Both the position numbers and the translations under genes were made by a program. Shown here piece by piece: positions 39,278-51,604 of a DNA stretch of 59,667 nt (its first letter is position 1; the number at the start of each line of letters is the position of its first letter). The notes below the pieces were generated by a model. It did not search any database. It was given only the letters and a program-made list of their open reading frames with translations, and was not told the origin of the DNA. Origin of the DNA: Octopus sinensis (Eukaryota); assembly GCF_006345805.1 (NCBI RefSeq), contig NW_021832999.1:1-59667 (forward strand), given 5' to 3'.

Positions 39278-39366
39278 GCGGTACACGTGTTTCAAGCTTT
39301 ATAAACAATCCGTTCTTACATCAGTGTATTACTGATAAAATTTGGCTTAATGCTCTCTTCAGCCGC
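39278..39366 (-). ncRNA. Intact-looking type I hammerhead ribozyme with long loop II
   Basis: Minus strand reads GCGG-CTGAAGA-GAGC-(54 nt)-GCTT-GAAA-CACGTG-TA-CCGC: all core nucleotides present, palindromic stem III and a GUA site. Confidence 0.8.
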
Positions 39367-40252
39367 AAACATTGTTAGTCCAAAGAGTTACATCACACTA
39401 TAAAAAATATGAAAAGTACATGTAGTATTACCCATTATAATAGGTTTATCATATCTCCTTGAAAAAGGGTATTTGTAAAATTTTCTAACTGTACAAATGT
39501 ATAACGATTCATTGGATTTCGAAAATTTGCCCATACTGTATCATTTCAACATAGAGCAACATAAATATATGTATATATATATATTATATATATATATATA
39601 TATATATTATATACACACACATGCATATGTGGTTACAGGACGTCACCAACAGTGCAAATATCATGAAATACGTAAACAAACGTGTTGAATACATAAACAA
39701 TGAGAAAAAATAGAAAACAGGACAAGTAAACTGAAAGAAATGACTCTTCATCAGTTGTCGGCTGTTTATCTACTCATCACTGCAAGAATTCAACGATAAA
39801 ATGAGTCTTTAAAGACAGTCTCCCTCATAAATTCTAAAATAAAATTTAGGATTTATGGAGAGTCAAATTTGGGGACAAAACATGACAGTGGATACATATA
39901 AGGAAACTGAATGAAAATAAACATGGAGAGTCGTCAGATGAGAACGATATATACGAATGCGTATGCGTGTGAGTATGTTGTTTATAAATATATCTATGTA
40001 TATATATATATGAATATATATATATTATATATTATATAATATATATCTATACATGTAATATATATGTATGTATTGTTTTATATGTATATATACGATACAA
40101 ACAGATAACTAGAACACAAACTGTAATAATTATTTATACATAAGAAATATACATATATATTATTTTTTAATTGATTTTAATCGGTAGGTTTTACAAAGCG
40201 AATCGAGAGTGTGATCCCTATTACTTTTCAAATTGCTTCCCAGACTTTAAAA

Positions 40253-40291
40253 CAATTTGATAAGTGACATGCACGAAACTCGCAGTTCTTG
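40253..40291 (+). ncRNA. Degenerate or variant hammerhead-like motif (core TTGATAA)
   Basis: CAAT-TTGATAA-GTG-acatg-CAC-GAAA-CTcgcAG-TT-CTTG; stems are short. Confidence 0.4.
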
Positions 40292-41516
40292 AGTCTCCTT
40301 GCAATTTCTGCCCATCAAATATACACGTAGGCAACACAGACGCTTGCACATATATTCTATGATGTTTCATTCACCGATCCCCAACTTGTTTACCGACACA
40401 GTGAATTCATCTTACCTTGCAGACATTCAATTTTGGTAGAAAATTAAAATATCTAAAACCAATTATATTTCCGTCCAAGTGGCAATAAACACGCTTATTC
40501 CTCTCTGGTATATTAGTAAATATTTTCCGCATTTCATCGTAAAAGTAAGCATTTTCACTATGAGTATTATTAATTCATATTGAACTCTAGGCGTTTCCGC
40601 TAACAACGATTTCATTTGACGTTGTCTTTCATAATTACGATTAGTGTATCAAATAATCTACATTAGATTTTAGTCAAGTCAGACCTCTGGAACATTCATT
40701 TAATTGGGAAAACTTAGACTCAATTAGTATCCTTCGTATATTATATTTATTTAATTATTGATTTCATAATCTACATTTTCCTATTAACTATCAATTTATT
40801 AATCTGTCTCTAACTTTACGTTTCTGTAGTTAATTTCATCATAACATGTTTATAATACCACCCATCACTCTAAATGAACTGAATACATCTTCTCACATCC
40901 AATTATCAATCCAGAAGATACAATCTCGTAAACAGCGGCATTCAATCTAGTCATCACCACTTTTTCAATATTCTCTCTCTCTACTCTATCAGTTCGTGGA
41001 TGATTAATGAGTTGGATGCGGTGATGAAGTATGGGCGATAACAGCTAGAATATGCATATACACCTATTATCTAGTATTCTATCTTCGGTCGCACTGTTTA
41101 CATAGACGTGTTCGTATACGAAACGTCGTGACCTTCAGTACTAGCTCTTAATTTTATAGAACATCTGAAGTGATGGCTTAAATTAATAATATATCATACT
41201 TCAACTGTTTTTCAAAAATGTATTAAAATTAATTCAATACATCATATTAAGCTGACAGAACTTTTTTTATTAATTTGATAAGCGATAATTTTCCATGTCG
41301 TATATTACGTTTACATATATATACTCTTCCCAATAGAGTTGATGATAAAACCAAAACGAAGTGTCTTGCAATCAGAACCGTGCAGAAAGACGGGCATTTG
41401 ATCACCATAAAGAAATCATCTGTGCAGATGGTTCAGCACCAAATTGCAGAGCTATCCCTTTCGGGCACCAGAGACTAGCATTCATATTACATATATATAT
41501 ATATATATATATATGT

Positions 41517-41563
<47 letters not shown>

Positions 41564-41942
41564 ATGGAATAAATAGCATTCGTTTATGGAAACGATCGTA
41601 AGATCGATTTGAAATCACTTTTCCTCATTTCAAATATATGTGCGTAGTGTGTGTCTGCGTATGCATATATACATATATATGTATACATATACATACATAT
41701 ACATACATATATATATATAGATACATAATACAAATACATGTATATATATTATATAACATTCGACGACGCCGAAGATAGAATACTAGATAATAGGTGTATA
41801 TGCATATTCTAGCTGTTATCACCCCCATACACATGCTAGCTTCCGATATACGGAGCTTTTAACTGGTAGCACTTGCATGTGCAAGTTGTTTGCAAATATA
41901 TATATATATATATATAGTGTGTGTGTGTGTGTGTGTGTGTGT

Positions 41943-42200
41943 GGATGCACAATGGCCCAGTGGTTAGGGCAGCAGCTTCGCGGTTGTAAGATCGCAGTTT
42001 CGATACTCAGACCGAGTTCGCCGGCAGGGGAGCGGCAATCCCTGCTGTACTTTTTCGCTTCAACTTTCTCTCACTCTTTCTTCTGTTAGCCTGCTACTTA
42101 GCCAGCGGGGTGTCGTCACTTGAAGGCTAAAACAATGCAAAACGCATTTTGACCAGCGATGTGTAGCAACATTTGATAGCCTGGTCGGTCACGGTGATCA
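41943..42200 (+). mobile_element. SINE family C-type copy with tRNA-like head
   Basis: Box A tggcccagtgg at 41953 and a box-B-like gtttcgatac; the ggcagggga..ggcaa.ccctgctgt block is shared with 48025-48070. Confidence 0.7.
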
Positions 42201-42879
42201 CGGCGATATATATATATATGTATGGGGGTTTACTTCACGTGATCTAAACGCTAAGTAAGTGCTGTAACGGATTACTAGGGCTCCAAGGTTACAGCCGAGC
42301 CGGTAGTTATGGAGCCATTGCAGATTTCCGTTGCAGAGGATATTTAATTGTTAAAGAGGATAACAAACATTAAGGCAAGTCGTATACAATATTATTATTG
42401 GATAGAAATTCCAAAGTCTTACTACTGTTTCTGGGATATCCCCAGTTATGGGATATTCCATCATCAGAGACAAATAGGGGGAAAATAAAGAAAATGAGAA
42501 TGGTAATGACATGACGACATAGAGGGAGGGGATAACAGAATAAGGAAGTGGAAAGAAATAAGAAAAAAGAAGCATAGCGCTTGACAACATATGCTGGTGT
42601 GTTTACGTCCCCGAAACTTAGCGGTTCGGCAAAAGAGATAGATAGAGTAAGTACTAGGCTTACAAAGAATAAGTCCTGGGTCGATGTGCTCGACTAAAGG
42701 CAGTGCTCCATCATAGCCACAGTCAGATGACTGAAAAAATAAAAGAGAGTTCAACTTTCCGAAATTATAGAAACAAGAGCTTGAATTCTCAGGAGCAACC
42801 CTGCGTAGATCCCTGAATCTAAACAGGATTGCACCTAAGGACTAACGCTCCAATGTGTGCTTATGTATACGTATAATAT

Positions 42880-43062
42880 ACATACATATTAGTAGCGCAG
42901 TTGTGGATATTTGCTACAAAGTTTGGTTCCCAAAAACATGGCTCCGAGTTCAGTCCAACCGCGTAACATATTAGACAAATGTCTCTTACTTTAGCCTCCG
43001 GCACATGGCATGTGAATAGGCTTGTTAGATTGAAGCCGAAAGAAGACCGTCATATATCTATA

Positions 43063-43114
<52 letters not shown>

Positions 43115-43300
43115 AGAGAGAGAAACTGTGTCTTTGTCTTCCATCACTGCTTCACAACCGATGTTGTGTTTTCGTCCCCTTAACGCTTCCGCAGAATTAA
43201 ATAAGTACCGAGATTGATTCGGTCAACTAAAAGCCTGCAAGGCGATGCCCCAACATGGCCACAGTCTAATGAATGAAATAAGTAAAATATAAAAGATACA
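42880..43300 (+). mobile_element. SINE family A, full-length, diverged
   Basis: gagttcagtcc box B, agaccgtc linker start, (GT)n and the 3' tail. Confidence 0.7.
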
Positions 43301-43591
43301 CACAGTCTCTTACACACACACACACACATACACACATAATTAACATATTTGCAAATAAACATAATTATAAATATCTAAATCTCTGTATATAATATGAAGT
43401 CATGTGTGTGTGGTGTGGGGGGGGGGCATGCGCTGAATTTCAATGTTTGTGTTAGTGCACGCGCGTATGTGAATATGTGTGTGTGTTATGTATGTTTATG
43501 AGAGAAATATACCATGTGGAAAGATTACAAAAAGGAGAGAAAATGTCAAGATATGTCTTAACTTCAAATGATAAGAATATGTGAGTACATA

Positions 43592-43634
<43 letters not shown>

Positions 43635-43971
43635 ATGTGTGTGTATTTATATTTACATATATATAATATATATGTATATATACAGAGGGAGAGAGACCGA
43701 TAGGTAGGGTGGAATGTCTGTCTGAGTATGTGTGTATATATGTGCTTTCTCTTATATAAATAAATTTAAGAATTATAAATCTGTGTGAAAAGCAGGACAT
43801 AAGCGATGCAGACATGATGTTTGTAGAAATTAAGCCATGCTTGAAAAAACTTGGCGTTCTCAGCCGAATAAGTTATTTTTGATTGAATAAAACACCTCAT
43901 ATTTGTATGAGTCTTTCTCTCTGTCTCTCTGTCTGTATCTCTTGTTCTTTCTCATTCTCTCACTGTATATA

Positions 43972-44029
<58 letters not shown>

Positions 44030-44518
44030 TTACAGTCTGTCCTTCTGTCTACCTATCTAGTTCTAAGTGTACTCTCATTGCTTAAACTGTAATCTCAGCA
44101 TACTATAAATGTGTTTAGCGATGTGTTGACTACATTTTCCTTTACACACTACGTACATACGAGTATACACAGACCCACACACAGACACACACACACGCAC
44201 ATGCATAAATACATATATATATACATGTCATGCTTGTGCTGGCTTCACTGTTGGTGCTGTTATCAATGTCAGACAATCAGACAAGACCGTACGTGTTAGA
44301 TTCCACTCGATGTGAAATATACTTTGCAATCCGGTCGGAATAAATCTACTTCTCTAAGTAAAATAAATTCCACTTGTAACAGAAGAAATAAATCAGTTAT
44401 TTTGTATGGGGTATTTGACAGTATCGTAAAAGAAAACGTTCAAAAAGGCATTTCAAACGGTCCTGTACCAGTCACGGTCTGATGTTGGCGGCCGAAAACA
44501 GAAGAGAGTCTATGTACA

Positions 44519-44561
<43 letters not shown>

Positions 44562-45299
44562 ACACACACAACACAAACACACACGCAAACACATACACAC
44601 GCGCGCAAACACACACACACAGGGCCCGATCTAATGAGTTCGAAGGGGGCAATTGTCCTGGATTCTGGGAATATTGGAGCCCTCTGATACGAAAGGTGTG
44701 TAGCACTCAATGCAAGAGGGCCCCCACCTCCCATCAATCAGGCATGAAGAAGCTCTCTTTCGATATACAAGTGTATCGTGACTTCTTAAGAAACGGAATG
44801 GAGTCTCTTTTATGATAAATGACCATATATTTTGTCACCTCAGAAGCACCAATTGATTCAGTTAACAAAGAGTTTACTACTCAGGCCCAAAGCAGCTACA
44901 ATTCTCAAGGGAATTGTAGCTGCTTTTGGGCAACTATGCAGAAAAGGGAAACAAGGGAACACTCCTGAAAGTATATGTTTGTATATGACTGAGTGAGCAT
45001 GTGTGTGTGTGTGTGTGGATGTGTGTGTATGTGTGTGTTTGTCTGTCTGTCTGTGTCTTTGCCTATGTCTGTGTGTTTGTTTATAAGTATGAATGTACGT
45101 AAAGATAAAATTATTGATATAATGAAGTTTTTGTCTCTTGGTAAAATTCCTTCTTTCAACGCATGACTGAGCAATGAACTTGGCTTGATCACTTGCAGTT
45201 AAACGCATGCACGCACGAACACACACACACACATACACACACAAACACACACACAAACACACAGACACACACACACACACACATTGCTATAGGCACACA

Positions 45300-45591
45300 C
45301 AGTCCTCTACCAATCGAGCAATGGGATCGGTGGATGTTCCGCTTTAGAAAATTGTAGTGGATTAGTGGCGGAGAAGTGAGACGACGTTCTCAGGGAGATT
45401 CTGGGCACCGACGAAAACGAACTGGCTAGTCAGTTCCCGAGGACAAGCAAATCTGTGGTATTGAGCGGAATATTTGCGGTAGCCCACCTTTTATACCAAG
45501 ACAAAAGAATGTCCATGATAATACATCCAATCAGTTAAGATTAGGAGCCAGAAGAGCCACTGCCTGTTACTGCATCAGGGCATTACTATTA

Positions 45592-45657
<66 letters not shown>
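45300..45657 (+). mobile_element. Probable non-LTR retroelement 3' end with (ATT)n tail
   Basis: A GC-richer block ends abruptly in a long (ATT)n run; clade not recognised. Confidence 0.45.
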
Positions 45658-46269
45658 GATTATTTGTCAAATGTATCAATGTATCATTACTGTTTGTTAA
45701 GGAGTCACGAAGATTGAAGATGTCACTATGTGTATTTATGTTTGGATGAACAATCTTCGATAGCGATGTTATTTTTTAATTTTTTTTTACTTTTCATTTA
45801 TTTAGTTATTTATTCTTTTGCAAATTCGGAAGTCAATGTAATGAGGAAATGAAAAGAAATCCGTCTTGAATGAGGAGACTCTATGGCTAGATATTTTATA
45901 AAGTCTTTATCATCGACAATTATTAAACGTAATTCGCTCTGAATTACCTGATGTAAATGCGATTAGCGTAGAATAAACAACATTTATTATATATATTATA
46001 AAAAATGGCTAAATAAATTGCTGACAGTAATTCGATACCATCATCATTAATTAGGAAAATAACCCCAATGACCAGAGAGATATTAACAAAAGACGTTGAC
46101 GCTTATTCAAATGTTATTAGAATTACGGAATCTGCAGATACAGCTCTTCTTTCATTTATCTATTTCCTTCTGTTGTTAGGTATGTTTCCACCTGTGAAAC
46201 GAAGCTGAAGATATGTCAGCAATTCGCGATCTCACGCTAAAGTGATGTATATAATTTACAATGTGTTGT

Positions 46270-46670
46270 TTTTTTTATTCTTTTATTTGTTCCAGTCATT
46301 TACCTGCGGCCATGCGGGAGCACCGCATTTAGTCGAACAAATCGACGCCAGGACTTATTCTTTGTAAGCTTAGTACTTATTCTATCGATCCACTTTTGCC
46401 GAACCGCTAGGTTACGGCGACGTAAACGCACAAATATCGGTTGTCATGCGATGGTGGGAGGACAAACATGGACGCACAGATACATACGTACATACATACA
46501 TATATACGACGGGCTTCTTTCAGTTTCCGTCTGCCAAATACACTCAGAAAGGTTTGGTCGGCCCGAGGATATAGTAGAAAACACTTTCCCAAAGTATCCC
46601 GCAGTGGGACTGAGCGCGGAACCATTTGGTTAGTGAGCAAGCTACTTACCACACAGACCACTCCTGCGGC
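46270..46670 (-). mobile_element. SINE family A, full-length
   Basis: Reverse-complement match to 48552-48960. Confidence 0.85.
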
Positions 46671-46980
46671 TGTTGAACCCCATTTTCTCTTTTCTATATT
46701 TTAATTGTTTCAGCCACTAGACTTCGGTTATGTTAGAGCAACGCCTTGATGGGTTTTAAACGAAGAGATAGACCTTATCGCTTATTTATCTTCGAAGATA
46801 ATTAATACAAAAACAGTTATTTGAATTGGCAATTTATCGAAAGAAAATTATTCGAATTGACTATTGTATGAATTGTTTGCTGATTTGAGCATGCGCCAGT
46901 GACAGATACGTTACTGGAAAATGAAAGACAAAAATACTTTGCTCATGCCGATTTACCTGGAATTTATATACCCTTTAAAG

Positions 46981-47935
46981 ATGGCCAGATATATTGATAG
47001 AGAAAGAGGCAAGCCCATGCTCAAAATTGATGGTTTTGTATTTGGAAAAGATAATCAAATTGGAACCAAAATTATTGGAAGTACAATAAGTTTGCATAGC
47101 ACTGTAAATGCTGTGCAATAACTAATTAGAGATGAATTAGTTAAAGTTTCTTGTACATATAATCATTCTGGTGCTTCTGTAAACACCGAAGTGCGTACGT
47201 ATACGAACAGAGTAAAACAAGATGCTAAAGAACGCCGTGATTTCCCCGCATTATATATTTTCTACTGCTGTCTCGCAGTTAAGTAAGAACGTAGCGCAAG
47301 CTTCACCAGCAATAAGCTCTATAAAAAGGACTATTCAGAATGTAAAACAAAAGGATAGATCCGGCTTGGCTAATCCTATTCATAGATGGGCAATTGTTTT
47401 CACCGATGAACAGACAAAAACTAATAAACGGGAGCAGTTTTTGCTATATGATTCAGACCCTGGCAATGACAGAATGTTCATTTTTGTGACTCAGAGTAAT
47501 TTGAGAATATTTGCATCAAGTGAACATTTATAAGTGGAGGGAACATTTAAAACTGTACCTCAACTATTTAAACAATTATATACAGTACATGCTGTTAAGA
47601 ATAACTTTACATTCCGATAGTTTATGCTTTACTTCCAGATAATAAGGCTGACACTTATAGAAAATTGTTTGCTCAAATCAAGTCAAATGTTCTTAATTTA
47701 CAAGTTGCGACTATCACGTCAGATATTGAGCTTGGCACTATAACAGCTGTTAAAGAAGAATTCCGCACAATTTCACATTATGGATATCTTTTTCACTTGG
47801 GTTCAGTGCCTCTATTGAAAAATTTGTGAGTCTGGTCCCGAAGTAAATTATGATACTGATTCCGTGCTTGCTTTAAGCATTCGAATGCTGTTAGCCCTAG
47901 CCTTTGTGCCGCTAGATAAAGTTGAAAGTTGTTGA
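46981..47935 (+). pseudogene. FLYWCH-MULE DDE transposase pseudogene
   Basis: KPMLKIDGFVF..YYWK..C.C.AIT..NHS (FLYWCH-like), then FLLYDS...RMFIF...VEGTFKTVPQLFKQLYTVH, YALLP...TYRKLF, TSDIE...AVKEEF...GYLFH and RMLLALAFVP; stops and frameshifts throughout. Confidence 0.85.
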
Positions 47936-47999
47936 ATCATTTGAGACTTCATTAGATTCCAATATATATATATTTCAATGGGCGCAATGACCCATTGTG

Positions 48000-48280
48000 T
48001 TTATTCAGCGAAAATACCTAAACCTCCACGAGGCTCCGGCAGGGGATGGTGGCAAACCCTGCTGTCCTCTTTCACCACAACTTTCTTTCACTCTTTCTTC
48101 TTGTTTCTGTTGTACCTGTATTTCAAAGGACCAGCCTTGTGACACTCTGTTACGCTGTATCTCCTCGAGAACTACGTTAAGGGTACACATGTTTCAGTCG
48201 GCGAGCTGGCAGAGTCGTTAGCACGCCGGGCGAAATGCATAGCAGTATTTCATTTGCCGTTACGTTCTGAGTTCAAATAC
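48000..48280 (+). mobile_element. SINE C body fused to a SINE B head, inserted in the MULE
   Basis: The C-type block runs to about 48195, then gtcggcgagctggcagagtcgttagcacgccgggcgaaatg, truncated at ttcaaatac. Confidence 0.7.
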
Positions 48281-48551
48281 TTTAACCATCACAAATAAAG
48301 ATATTAAAGTTTATTAAATAAGTATAATTTATGTACTTGAATTTTAATTTTATCATTTTTGTTTAAATAAAATGAAAAATTTAGAATAATTAACATTTCG
48401 TATAATTGTCCTTTTGAATAATTTTTATTCATAAAATTTTCCATTCGAATAAATGTATTTTCGACTAATTGTTTTCGAACAATTATTTTCGAACAATGTT
48501 CACATAATCCTCACACACAGATACACATATACATACATATACATATACGTA

Positions 48552-48958
48552 GGAGTGGCAGTGTGGTAAATAGCTTGCTTACGAGTCTCATGGTTCCAGG
48601 TTCAGTCCCACTGCGTGGCACCTTGGGCAAGTGTCTTCTACTATAGCCTCAAGCCGACCAAAGCCTTGTGAGTGGATTTGGTAGACGGAAACTGAAAGAA
48701 GCCCGTCGTATATATGTATGTGTATATATATGTATGTGTGTGTATATGTTTGTGTGTCTGTGTTTGTCCCCACAACATCGTTTGACAATCGATGGTGGTG
48801 TGTTCACGTCCCCGTAACTTAGCGGTTCGGCAAAAGAGACCGATAGAATAAGTACTAGGCTTACAAAGAATAAGTCCTGGGGTCGATTTGCTCGACTAAA
48901 GGCGGTGCTCCAGCATGGCCGCAGTCAAATGACTGAAACAAGTAAAAGAGTAAAAGAG

Positions 48959-48960
<2 letters not shown>
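48552..48960 (+). mobile_element. SINE family A reference copy (tRNA head, CORE-like domain, microsatellite linker, 3' domain, (GTAAAAGA)n tail)
   Basis: Box A tggcagtgtgg at 48556-48566, box B ggttcagtccc at 48599-48609, and ggcaccttgggcaagtgtctt at 48617-48637, resembling the CORE-SINE GACCTTGGGCAAGT motif. Confidence 0.9.
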
Positions 48961-49000
<40 letters not shown>

Positions 49001-49006
<6 letters not shown>

Positions 49007-49760
49007 CTCTAAAGTGAACAAAGGTCATGAATGAGTACCAGTATAGCTAGTACTCAATAGCCAGAGAAGTGCTATCATTATGACCATATATAGCCAGATC
49101 GGTGATGACTTCGCATTTTGATGCTAAACGCAACTAAACGCTCGTTGGTGGCTCTCACCGTGCCTAGGGTTCATAAACCCATCTTGCCTTGTCAGTTTAT
49201 AAGATTTCCGTTACAATCATTCGCTGATTTCCTAAACGGTAAAAGTGAAAATCATAAAAGAAATAGGTGGCTAATTCACAGTTTTACAACCTAAATGCAG
49301 AAATATAGACGTCACTAAAGTGAACAACAGGCACCAACTAGCACCATAATTGTTCACTTTGGTGACGTCTATATTTCTGCCATTCGGTTGTAAAATTGCG
49401 AATTAGCCACCTAAATTGTTTATAATTTTTACTTTTACCATTTATGAAATCAGCGTAGAATCTCAACGGAAATCTTATAAGCTGACAAGGTGAACCGAGT
49501 TTAACCCTAGGCGTGTTGAGAACCACTGATAAGCATTAAATGTGTTAAGCAACGAAATGCGACATCATCGATGATTTGGTTACATCGGCGACCGTTGGTG
49601 GCTCGTCCCTCTTCTCACCTCATTAAGATTGTGCTTCTGTTATTCTTAAGTTGTTTTGACTCTTATTTCTGGCAATACTGTTAATGATTTTGTCACTTTA
49701 GAAACGCCAATGTTCCTGCCTTTAGGTTGTAAAATTGCGAATTAGCCAGCTAAATTATTC
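49001..49760. repeat. Foldback-like palindrome built of ~305-340 bp subunits
   Basis: 49098-49327 pairs with 49350-49572 (22-nt loop); 49003-49023 pairs with 49688-49707; 49715-49760 repeats 49376-49425. Confidence 0.85.
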
Positions 49761-49766
49761 ATATAC

Positions 49767-49812
<46 letters not shown>

Positions 49813-49854
49813 CTGCATGTGTATATATATATATTATATATATATATATAAAGC

Positions 49855-50200
49855 GTAGGAGTGGCTGTGTAGTAAGTAGCTTGCTTACCAACCACATGAT
49901 CCCGGGTTCAGTTCCACTGCGTGGCACCTTGGGTCGTCCAAAGCCTTGTGAGTGGATTTGGTAGACGGAAAATGAAAAAAGCCCGTCGTATATATGTATA
50001 TATATATATGCGTGTGTGTGTTTGTGTGTCTGCGTTTGTCCTTCCAACATCGTTTGACAACCGATGCGGGTGTGTCTACGTCACCGTAACTTAGCGGTTC
50101 GGCGAAAGAGACCGATAGAATAAGTACTGGGGTAGATTTGCTCGACTAGAGGCGGTGCTTCAGCATGGCCACAGTCAAATGACTGAAACAAGTAAAAGAT
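49855..50200 (+). mobile_element. SINE family A with small internal deletions
   Basis: Matches 48552-48960; a reverse-strand 5' half follows at 50230-50400. Confidence 0.85.
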
Positions 50201-50216
50201 TATATACATACGCGTT

Positions 50217-50250
<34 letters not shown>

Positions 50251-50833
50251 TGACGGGCTTCTTTCAGTTTCCGTCTACCAAATCCATTTTCAAAGCTTTG
50301 GTTGGCTCGATGCCATAGAAGATATTGCTGCAAGGTACCACGGAGTAGGACTCAATCTAGAACCTTGTGGTTGGGAAGCAAATTTGTTACCACACAGTCA
50401 CATCTACGCCTATATTTTCATAGAATCTCGCAATCCAAATATCTACGTCGTGAAGTAAGTCTGTTTCAAATAGAAAGCGATAATTTATAGCCTACACGGC
50501 AATATTAGATAATACTTGACATTCCTGTATATTAATGCGGCCGTCATCTAATTTTTTCTTGCTTGGATATTTAATTTGAGCAAAATCGTGAGCAAAATAT
50601 TTAGCAGATTTTTAATTCAATAGAGTTATTAATGTTTTCAGATATTGTTACAATATCACTGACATGTAGAAATACAGGAGAATGCTACAACCAATAGCGG
50701 CGTTGAGCATCGTTCTTATTGTTCGACATTTACGTGTATGCATGATGTTTGTATGTATGTATGTATGTATGTATGTAAGTATGTATGTATGTATGTATGT
50801 AGGTATGTATGTATGTATGTATGTATGTGTATG

Positions 50834-50880
<47 letters not shown>

Positions 50881-51210
50881 CTAGGTGTTTCTAATTTATA
50901 TGTTAATGTTTGGCGTAACCGCTGATATGAACGTCGCCTTGCAAATTACTTTAATTGCTAATTAAAGTTCTAAACCTAAGGTCCGGCTGTAAAACATGGT
51001 AAATGCTTTCATTTTTAATTCTCTTTGAAATTGCTGTTAACTGTGGTTTGGACATTTTGACTCTTCATTCTAGTATGTAAGGCCACCTATTAAGGCTCAT
51101 CTCTTTTGTGTTTAAATGTGCACTAATTTTTATATGAAAAATATGTCGACTATATTTACATGCTAGGCCACTGGTGGAAAGAAAATTCTAATACTCTTCC
51201 TACCGTATAT

Positions 51211-51306
<96 letters not shown>

Positions 51307-51604
51307 GTAGTATGTATGTATATGTATGTATATATGCATTATGTATGTATGTATGTATTATGTATGTATGTATGTATGTATTATCAACAAATGTGATTCC
51401 GAGATTCTCCGTATAGAAGACACTTATTGCTCAAAAGATTCAAACTTAGGCTCCAGTGTCTTCACAGGGGATCGCTTCCCGAAGATAAAGAATGTTTGTA
51501 CGGTGTTCAAGTTGAGCGGATAAAGAGTCATTTATGCGGCTAAACAAATTATATACATTAAATGTACTAAATATAAAGTTTGGTTATGAAATACAAAATA
51601 TGAG

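Larger units (their letters stand above)
46791..48510 (+). mobile_element. Mutator-like (MULE) DNA transposon fossil with subrepeat-built TIR remnants
   Basis: Transposase remnant flanked by ~15-bp tcgaa(a)a(c/t)aatt subrepeats in opposite orientations at 46791-46880 and 48400-48510. Confidence 0.75.

Noticed and set aside
39740-39785. Two TGATGA motifs on the minus strand
   Set aside because: No properly spaced GAAA or stems.
44620-44735. cagggccc...gggccc, possible hAT-type ends
   Set aside because: The inverted match is too short and no TSD is seen.
48552-48625. tRNA-like sequence (also the heads at 28199 and 41943)
   Set aside because: Boxes A and B are present, but there is no closed cloverleaf and the sequence continues into SINE bodies.
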